64,000 nt of DNA, from contig OZ024747.1 in the NCBI GenBank assembly GCA_964016885.1, positions 88,412,001-88,476,000 of the forward strand, given 5' to 3'. This stretch comes from Eledone cirrhosa (Eukaryota). This document shows positions 54,081-64,000 of the stretch, one piece after another. Both the position numbers and the translations under genes were made by a program. The notes beneath the pieces were generated by a model. The model was not told where the DNA came from, did no database searches, and was given only the letters and a program-made list of their open reading frames with translations. The first letter of the stretch is position 1; every line of letters starts with the position of its first letter.

Positions 54081-56345
54081 TCTACCTGGAGTTGCGACCG
54101 ATAGATAGTATTAGCAATTGGAAAGACCAACGGAAACATTGTTCCCTCGGTCCGATTTGACGAAAGTCGATCGTTCCTATATACACGTGTGTGTATTTAT
54201 ATACACACACGTGTATATATATATATTTATATAACATATATTTATATATAACATATTTATATATACATATTTATATAAATATGTATGTATATATATATAT
54301 ATATATATATATGTTTATATATGTGTATGTATGTATGTATGTATGTATGTATGTATGTGGGTATTAAGTAATAGAATAGGGATACCTTCGTAAAAAAAAA
54401 ACATTTCATTCATTGGGAATGTGCCAGTCATGTCTTGGATGTAATATATGTCTCCCTGCAGGCATACACGTAAGTTTGGGCGTTTGCTTATGCGTTCTTA
54501 CAACCGTCATGTTTTTATAACGTTCAACAGTTATATGGGGCAAATACCTTCATATGTATATTCAGTATACAATGATACTAAAACATGATAAAAGTTGGTA
54601 TACCTTGATCCCTTCATACAGTTATTGTCTATTTGTTTTGAGCTCTACATAAAGAACAGAACACCTTGAAACGCGGCGATTTTGCTAAAAGAGATGATCA
54701 GATTTCCTTGCATAATATTGAATATCATAAATTGCTTAAATAAACAGATATATTTTTCGTTTCTTCTTTATTTCCTTTTTTCGCCTATGTTTATCTCTTG
54801 ATGTTGTAATAGCATGCTCTCCATTAATTTCGTGATTAGATACCCCAAGAAAACTAGAGGGAGATATATATTCTTAAATACGTCTGAAATACTATCAGAA
54901 TGCATGTTTTCTTTTATTAAAATAATTCCTAGTTGAATGAAAACGCTTTATATACAAACCAATTCTTTTATTGGAATGATGCCAACCCCCATCTCAAGGG
55001 TAACATTTTATCAAAATTGTATCAACATTTTTCTATTCAACGCTTTCAACGGAATATACTGATTTAGTTCAGGCGTGTTCTATTCAGAAAGCAACGAAGA
55101 CTTCATTGTTTAAACAAATAAATAAATTGGCACATAAAAGTGTGTTTAAACACATTTCAGATTTTCAGATTGAATCATAAAGGTGTGTTGAAGGATTATA
55201 CACAATCTCCCGCTGACACTCTATGAAAACACAATTTTAATTTAGTGTTAAAAATATTCTCTTTCACGCCTTTTAATTACTGCTATTGTAAAAAGCAGGT
55301 AAATCCAGAATGCGTCCACCTCTGTTATATAATTTAGGTAATTATGTAAATAAATCGCATTTCAGTTTGCTGTAAAGGAATTTAAGTAGCTAAATCTCCA
55401 ATTTAAAGCAAGGTAAATAAAGAGTAAGGAAAAGAGAGCTGATATCGGCAATGGACGTGACAACATCCCATTTAGTCACTGTAAATAAGATAGTGTACGA
55501 TTTATAAAATTACTATTTTTCATTTCATATCAGAAGTGTCTGAATAAGAAATTAATTTAGACAGCATCTCGTTCCAGATTCGGTTTCACTGTGCAGCACC
55601 ATTAATGCACTGGGAACAATTTAATCGATTTCCCCTCCCCCAAAATTGCTGGCCTTGTGGCTAAAGTATAAAAGGTTATAAGGAATATTAGACATCTCTC
55701 TCCGTCTGTCGTGGCTCACCAGCTGTACAAGGACTTTTATATTGATTAAATAAACGAATACGCAAATATAAATATAAATATAAATATGCGATATTGATGT
55801 CAATACATAACAGCATATAAGAAATGATATGAAATATCGATTTTGCAACGGCTATTTCTTCATTTTACTGAAACCATCGTTGAATAATGAAATGATGCAT
55901 TCTAAACTCACCATCGTATACACGACTATATTTCAGTACAACGTATATAAGAGCCAATGGCTATGTGTGTTTGGTTTAGTTTAATTCGTTTTGCAAAATA
56001 AGATCATAAACTTCAAAGTTAGTTATGTTGAAAATGGACAATTTAATAACATACTCTATATTATAAAGAAGAGAGACGATTTTAAACGTACGTCCTCTAT
56101 TTATTGTATGATGTGTGTTTTATTGATAAACTTATATATGACAAAGTACTAAATATAAACAGAAAATATAGACTATCTTTATATGAAATAGTTTGAAATT
56201 GTCTTCAAAGTTTCGTTTATGATTAGCCGCGTCAAATATTCTTATGAAGTTATTCACAAATGAAACTTCAAACTTACCGTCAACCATTTTGTTATGAGAG
56301 AGAGAGTGAGTGAGTGAGTGAGTGAGTGAGTGAGCGTGCGTGTGC

Positions 56346-56429
<84 letters not shown>

Positions 56430-57397
56430 TGTGTGGGGGGGGGGGGAACTTCCAATTTCAAAGACTATTCAGGCTATAGAAACGTTACAAGAGGAAAACT
56501 TTGAGCAAAGGTATTGAGGAAACTGATCGAAACAACAAGGCTCCTCGTGTAGCAAACTAACATTAAGAAAATAACGACGATTGTATTGAAGATCTTTTAC
56601 ATACTGATTTAAACGTGGATAAAGTTCTGTTAAAATCCTCAGAAGATAGTTGTTAGTTGTTAGCAGAGTGAAGTACATATCGTTTTCTTTCTTCTCCGTT
56701 CTTTATCCATCTCCACTTCTCTTTATCTAAATATCTATATTTAACATACAAAAGTCTTTTTGTTCCCATTAGATGGCTTCATTATTTCAAAAGGTTCCAA
56801 AAATCTAAGAATATTTCTATCTTTATAGTTAGTTATATTGTTCTTTACTACGGAGTAGAAACCAAGAAAAACCAACTCAACCAATAAAGAACAACAACGA
56901 CTGCAAAGTTTAGTAAAATTGCAGAGAAGAGAATAACCTCAAGATATGAAAATATTTGATTGATTTATAACAATACTCACAGACACTCCAATATTGTCAC
57001 ACTTAGAATTCTTTATTATTTTTTCTTTTTTTTTCTGATGGGCATCGAATAAAACAATCAACATAAAATTTTAAATATAATATTCAAAGCCACATCCTAA
57101 CTTTAATATTGCTGTTGCTGTTGAAGCTACTCACTCAGTTTTCTGTTGGTACTCTTCATATCGATGTCATCATCGTCGCTATTGTAAATGCTGTTGCTTC
57201 TGGTATTCAGTGTATCATAGAACTTGATGAAGCATTGTTTCATATACATCAGTGACGCCATCTTTGTTAGATATTCAAATATTTTCATCATCGAAATTTC
57301 GTCAGTTCTCTGTATTCATGCTTTTCCTCTTCCAGCAGCAGCACCACCACAACCACCTCCAAATCTCACCAGCACTACCACCACCACGACTACTAAT

Positions 57398-57991
57398 AAT
57401 TATTTCTACTTTAGGCACAAGGCCAGTAATTACCCAGTGCATTACTGGTACTTTATTTTATCGACCCCGTAAGGATGAAAGGCAAAGTCAACCTCGGCGG
57501 GATTTGAACTCAGATCGTAAAGGGACATAACTATGCTGGAAAGCATGGCGTCCGACCCTCTACCGATACTGCCAATCCACCACAAGGCCAGCTATTTTGG
57601 GAGAGGGAAAAGTCAATCAAATCGACCACAGTGCATTGCTGGTGCTTTATTTTATAGGATGAAAGGCAAAGTTAACCTCGGCGGGATTTGAACTCAAAAC
57701 GTAAAGAGCCATAACTCTATGCTGCAGAGTATGGCATCCGACCCCCTACCGATACTGCCAATCCACCACCCTTATTTATAATAATTGTTTCTAGTATAGG
57801 CACAAGCCCAGTAATTTGGGAGGAGGCGAAAGTCGATGAAATCAACCCCAGTGCAGTATTGGTGCTTTATTTTATCGACCTTGTAAAGATGAAAGGCAAA
57901 GTTAACCTCGGTAGGATTTGAACTCAAAAGGTAACTCTATGCTGCAAAGTATGGCATCCGACTCTCTACCGATACTGCCAATTCACCGCCC
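57398..57991 (-). mobile_element. Three head-to-tail SINE copies
   Basis: GATTTGAACTCA at ~57501, ~57685 and ~57915, each with CCGATACTGCCAAT. Confidence 0.9.
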
Positions 57992-59154
57992 TTATTTGTA
58001 ATAATTATGATGGTGATTATGATGACCATAATAATCGTAATTAAACTATTAATGTGTTTATTTGCCACAAGGACAACAACTTAGAATATTAGAATAGAGT
58101 TAATGATCCAAAGTAAAAGTAAATATTGACTGAAAGGACGGTTACACATCGTTTGGAGCATTCTGGAACGAAGAATAATTTGGAAGATGAGAAAATCCTA
58201 CAGGAGGGAAATCCTTATGTGGGCGACCGTAGTATAGGTGTTGGTAGTGGTAGTGGTAATTGTGGTAGCAGGAGTGGTGGTAATGGTTGTGGTTGTGCTG
58301 GTGACAATGGTTGTTGTCGAGGTGCTGGAGGCGTTGTTCGTGGCGGCGGCAGTGGCGGAGTTCATTTTGATGGTGATATGATGGTTATAAGATGTTGAAG
58401 ATAATAATTACATGAAGGAAAGATGAAGAATAATTGAAGAATGAGAAAATAGAAGGAAAGGAAAGTAAATAGAAGGAAATGCGAAGAAACGATTAGCTTT
58501 AAAATATCAAGAACAATAACACTAGCAACAACAACAATAATAATATTAAGGATAATAACAATAAAAATACGAAATAAAATAAAGGGGGGAAAATTATAGC
58601 AAAATAGAGAAATTGAAAGTCACAAATTGTAGAAAAGAAATAAATTAAAATACAAAAAAAAAACAACAACAACAACAAAAAACTACCCAGATTTAAAATA
58701 AAACAATTATACAAAGATGTTAACTGAAGTTATTCAAATATTATCATCGGTTGTTTCCGGCATTTAATTACTTATTAAAAAAATACTGCTTGCTTGAATT
58801 AATACCACAAACAGATTTCTTGACGACGAAATCAACTTTCTTAATTTTATAGACAATTGTTGTTTTGAAAACGAAAGTTCTTGTTAGATTTTTCAAAACG
58901 TCACAGTATAATTAATTTTTTTATTAGAGAGTAAAATCCAAATTTCGTTCATACGCTAAGAATTACTGTAATTAGCTGCATTTAGAAATGTTATCGAAAA
59001 AGAGAGATTGATAATTAAATGTGTCCAGGTTAAGCTAACCTATCATTTGAAGAAATAACAATTCCATTACAAAGGGGACGTGTTTGATATCGTAGCCAAT
59101 AAGGTCAATGGCATATCTTTAAATAAAAAAATATAATTTAATATTTAATTAATT

Positions 59155-59250
59155 GTCTCATTTTTTAGGCATAAGGCCAACGATTTTGGCGGAGGGAAAA
59201 GTTGATTGAATCAACCCCAGTGCGTTACTAGTACTTTATTTTATCAACCC
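59155..59250 (-). mobile_element. SINE 3' fragment
   Basis: Tail of the long SINE variant. Confidence 0.7.
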
Positions 59251-59439
59251 TGTTTTGCTCAATGACAGAATTAATGAGAAATCAATTTATCAGAGCATAA
59301 TAAATTATATTTGGGAAAAATAAAAAGGATAAGAAAAAATTTACCCATTTACGTTGCTCTCAGTGCACAAAAACTGCGATTACTCAGCGAAACTTTAAAG
59401 GAAATAGATACATTTTTTCTTATCTTGTTCACTTTTCCC

Positions 59440-59470
<31 letters not shown>

Positions 59471-59519
59471 ATTATATTTGAAAAGGGAGTAAGGCTCTAT
59501 ACAAAACAGGGGCTATTGG

Positions 59520-59859
59520 GAAAAGGTGGAATTGGAAATAATACGGAAAATATATTTAAGGATCTGTTTTTCTTTTTTTCTTCTATGACTCGTCAAAGTA
59601 ACATTATTGAAAAAAATGAGAGGAACAATTCTTAAAAAGAAAAGAGAGTTTTATAATGCATATAAAATATATATAATATATATTTTATATACATTATAAA
59701 ACTCTCGTTTTTTAATAAACTCTCAGTTTTTTAATAAACTGTCAGTTTTTTAATAAACTCTCAGTTTTTCAATAATATTACTTTGACGAATCGAAGTAGA
59801 AAAAAAGAAAAACAGATCCTTAAATATATTTTCCGTGCTATTTCCAATTCCACCTTTTC
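59520..59859. repeat. ~340-bp palindrome next to (TA)n
   Basis: GAAAAGGTGGAATTGGAAATA...GGAAAATATATTTAAGGATCTG mirrored at 59812-59859; centre ~59674. The right arm carries a 19-bp triplication. Confidence 0.9.
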
Positions 59860-62800
59860 TCTCTCACATATATATATATATACATGGATACACACATATA
59901 TACACTCCTGATAGATACAAGATTCGATTCCTCGCAAGCACCTTTGTCTACTTTTTCCGTTTACAGATTACTTTACCCGATATTTCAAACTAACATTTTC
60001 CTCAATCGACTACTGTCATTGTTATTTCCCAATCTTCCAATCTTTCGTAAACCAAACGGATATTCATACATACACACATATATACATACATACATACATA
60101 TATATATATATATAAATATATATATATATTACATACATCTACCTGTTTGTGTGTGTGTGTGTGGTCAAGCGAGTATTCTCATGAGAATTTGTTCTTGTAT
60201 TGCATCTATTTCCCATATCTAAGCAACAATGCCAACTCTAGTAATGAAATTAGGATTATATTATGTCATGCTCTGATGTAGGTAATTTCGCGTGAATGCT
60301 TTCAGGGCAACATTAATATGCTTTCCAATAAACGCAATGATACCGGTACAATCAGTTCCACAAAAAGAATTTAAATGACTTCTTATAGCTTTACTGAGAA
60401 AATTATAGTTGTTAAATTTCCCCAGGATCCTACATGACGTTACTATTGTAATCTTTGAACTTAATTGGTGAATATTCCAGAACTACATATTCAACATTAA
60501 CTTTCCAATTCATTAAAGATTACTTTTTTGAAAATATATTTGCTTGAACGAAGATAATCATTAGTACGTTCTTATTACGTAAGAGGAAATCTAAGCTACA
60601 CGCTAGACTCTGATATTTTAATCATTAACGAAAGCAGCTTGCAATGTTATTACTGCGCATTTTATTCTGCGGTTTGTTACATCTATATGTGTGCATATGT
60701 GTTTATGCATGAGTATTTGCGAGTACATTATGCTACATATATAATTTTAGAAGCATGTTGTGAAATCTTATTCACTTGACATCCTCAATCAGTTTCGACT
60801 CCTACTTCAGAGCCAACAATCATTACCTTTATACCATATTTCAGCCAGAGGGAAATGACAATATCCATGTTTGTAGAAATGGAGGATGAATCCATGACAC
60901 ATGGGTTTTTAATATTTCCAAGAAGTCTGATCCGAATACTTATAACACAGTTAACTGACATATTCTTTTGTTGATATTTCTAACTGATCTTTATCGGAGT
61001 TATTTAAATCCCATTTCCGCTCACCGTAGTCAACTGTTTGCATTGGCTCGAATTTATATTTCATTTTCTTTTTTAATTCTGAATATAATAAATATAATAA
61101 ATATTGCATTTAAGTTAAAGTAGTAATAAGGCGGGGACAAACCTTATTTATATTAAGTTTCAAACACATTCGGCAATAACAGAAACAATACCCTTTCAGC
61201 GAGAAAGAAATATCGCCCTTGTTAACAGTGGTGAAGCGACATGAAAAATTATTAAATGTGGAAAGCAAAAATAAAATAAAATTTGAAAATTTATAAAGAA
61301 CTGAGTTTAAAAATATAAAATATCAGATGCAAGGATCAATTCAATAGCTCCACTATTAGTAAATTTGAAAATAGAAATTTCGTTGAACACCTTAAGGGAA
61401 TCACTATAGCGTTTCGTAAATATTTCTATATTTAACATTTTCTACACAAATAAAATATATACTTTTAAAAAATGTTACGTTGCAAATAATTTCGATGAAA
61501 AACAAATATAGAGTTCCCTATGACTACGAGTCATAGGGAAAACTATATTTTAGGAAACTTTGCTGCGATGAGTTGAGCTGCGGTTAGTAGGCCACAGTCA
61601 GTTGTACGAGAACCTGATGGCGACTGTGATGATTAGGTTAAGGAATGTTTCAAATGTTTAAATAAATTGTTATTGTTGCTAGAACCGAGCTAGCTCTGAT
61701 CCAGCAGATCTATCTTCAAATGCATTTGTTTACTTGCGTGTTTGTGTGTGTGTCTGTGTGTGTCTGTGTGTGTGTAACTACATATGCAATCTGGCATTCA
61801 TATTTTTAAAGGCGACTGTGATTAAAAGCAGACAGCATATAGTCCCCGTTGCTGGCCTCTTAGTTTATATAATTATGTACCTAGATGCAAATATGATATG
61901 GAAGCATGCTAGTTATGTAGATTTTGCCGCCTTTAATGCATTCAACGTAATGTTATAAATAAGATCGAAAGCATTTGTTGTACACGTATAGTTAGCCAAC
62001 GTACACACTTTGACCAGAATCTGGTGTTCCTAGCTATTGTTATTCAGCATCACCATCCACTTCCCAGTCAAGCAGGTTCAATCAGACAAATGATCAAAAG
62101 TATTCCAGTGTTCATTATTTCGTGCTTTTCCCGCACATAATTTATGCAGTACCATAAACTAAGTACTCTGAAAAATTGGGGCTACTTTGGAAAAAACAAA
62201 AAAAAACAAAACAATGAAAACTTTATGCCATCATAGTTCCTTAAATATTATTTTGGAAAAGATGTCTTCATAAATCGAACCTTTAATTATCATTTAAACT
62301 TTCTTTTAAAGCATTTTCTTTAAATGACTTTAAACTCTGTAAAATATGTAAATTATGTAGGCGACACACAGACGCTGATATATTGACTATCAACTTTCAG
62401 TCTGATCAAAGGGAATAAATGTGTGTTTTGTATATATTTTTATATTTGATACATTCTTAATATATTTTTAATTGATTCTGTAAATTACATTTCAATTGGA
62501 TGTATGGTTCAGTTATACAATCCGTGTAATTCAGACTTTTTGTTAATCACGTCAAAATCAGGGCTACTTTGAATGTTTAAAAATGTCCCGCGTTTTTAGT
62601 ATTTGTTTCTTGTATACTGTCTATTCTTTTTAGTATTATAATTATTTATGATATAAAGCAGAAATGTTATACACTTGCTAGGTTACATATGTCTGAACAT
62701 CCACTATCCTTGTCGAATATTCAATTTTACAGCCAAAAAATTCACTTATTTGCTGTTTATATTTAATTATACATTAGCATCCAATGCTAATGTATAATTA

Positions 62801-64000
62801 AATATTCTTTTTTTGTCATAATTTCTGTGAAATTTATACTTACTTTAATTAAAATATCAATAAAATGTCTTAAACCTTTTACTCTATAGTGTATAGTTAT
62901 GTTTAGTATTCAAAATAGCCAATAATTATTTTACTAATTAAGATATTTTTGCAATCTTTTGACAAAAGTCGCAGATGATAGGGCTTCTTTGAATTATCTC
63001 TATATTAGCAATATTCGTCAACAACAAATTGAGCTATGGGGCATAAAAGATACAAAATTGACGAAAATCTTCTTCTTTTAAGACTGCATGGAGTGATTTC
63101 TAGGAGATTCGACTGTTATTTCCAGCGAGTCGAGTGGCCGTGTATAGTTGCCCTCGTTGACAGGCTGCGAAAGAAACAAGTGAAGTCGAACAAGTGACAA
63201 TATATTTTATAGCTATTTATTTAGGTAACATCAACACTGTGTTAGATATAATTATATTTCAAACTTAAGGTGCTTCTTATAATTAAAATCACAAAGAAAT
63301 AGTTATAATTTTAACCACAATAGGTGAGATATAATTTTACCCAAAGCAGGATATTTATAATTCCAAATTTCCGTTGGATATATAGCCCCATGGAGGAGCC
63401 TTCCACGCCGACGTGAGGCCTTTTTAGGCCACTTGACACACACTGTATTAAAAATGGAAGCAGACATTAGATAACTTGGGTATGATGATCAAGTCTTGGA
63501 TACTTTTAACAATTTGCTTTATCTTTGACATGCGAAGAACTCGCAGCGACTTATTTCACCATGTGGTTTAATTTATTTAATTCAAACTTGTCCACATCAC
63601 ATGATCTGATCCGATGAATGAGGAAAAGCTTTACTTCCAATGAGACACTTTCATAAAGTGTCAAAGTATCTTCACTCAAGATTTTTTCTATCCCAAAGAT
63701 CAGCAATGTATTTTCTCACTCCTGTGAAACTTTAAGTAATGCAATTCTACAAGACATGTTGAATGCACTTTTCTTTCATTTGTATATCCAGCTTTCTTTC
63801 TCTCTCTCAAACACACATACACACACACACACACATATATATATGTGTGTGGGTGGGGTGGGGGTGTATATAAAGACTAGTTAGTGTGAACAAGAGACAG
63901 ATCCCAACAGAATTACATCAATTAACTCTCTGTTAAACATGGATAGGTAACGTAGAAACCAGAAATTTCTTATTCTGAAGATACAATTATAGTTATTGTG

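Noticed and set aside
58126-58398. Gly/Cys-rich 90-aa ORF
   Set aside because: It derives from degenerate (GGT)n low-complexity sequence, with no ATG start or domain evidence.
59975-60012. Minus-strand TTGAGGA-AAAT gtta GTTT-GAAA motif
   Set aside because: The first core base is wrong and there is no helix III or cleavage triplet.
61514-61540. 12-bp perfect hairpin TTCCCTATGACT-ACG-AGTCATAGGGAA
   Set aside because: It is too short and isolated to assign; an intrinsic terminator is not meaningful in this eukaryotic context.

Overview
This is AT-rich, microsatellite-dense eukaryotic (animal) non-coding DNA. I infer a cephalopod/octopus-like genome from the repeat families and the huge (TA)n/(CA)n load, but cannot prove it. 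No host protein-coding gene is supportable; almost every long ORF is a YI/HT/CV translation of dinucleotide repeats. The window is a mosaic of about 20 copies of one tRNA-derived SINE, three non-autonomous Helitrons, hAT and piggyBac MITEs, decayed RTE, R4/Dong, L1/Tx1, CR1-like and Penelope retrotransposon fragments, a 50-bp minisatellite and a 5-kb fold-back A-tract satellite. The most interesting layer is a set of short, structured elements carrying self-cleaving-ribozyme folds, nearly all wedged between (TA)n tracts. (i) A ~300-317-bp permuted-tandem, retrozyme-like family with a type I hammerhead and strong stem covariation between two copies (18.07 and 50.18 kb). (ii) Penelope-pLTR-like minimal hammerheads followed by AATAAA/AATTAAA, occurring singly (26.0, 49.3, 19.4 kb) or as outward-facing palindromes (17.1, 34.1 kb). 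(iii) A TSD-flanked bipartite RTE element with an HDV-like fold at its 5' end (49.5 kb). These elements cluster in 'ribozyme islands' at ~17.1-19.6 kb and ~49.3-50.7 kb. All folds were read by eye and need covariance-model and cleavage tests.
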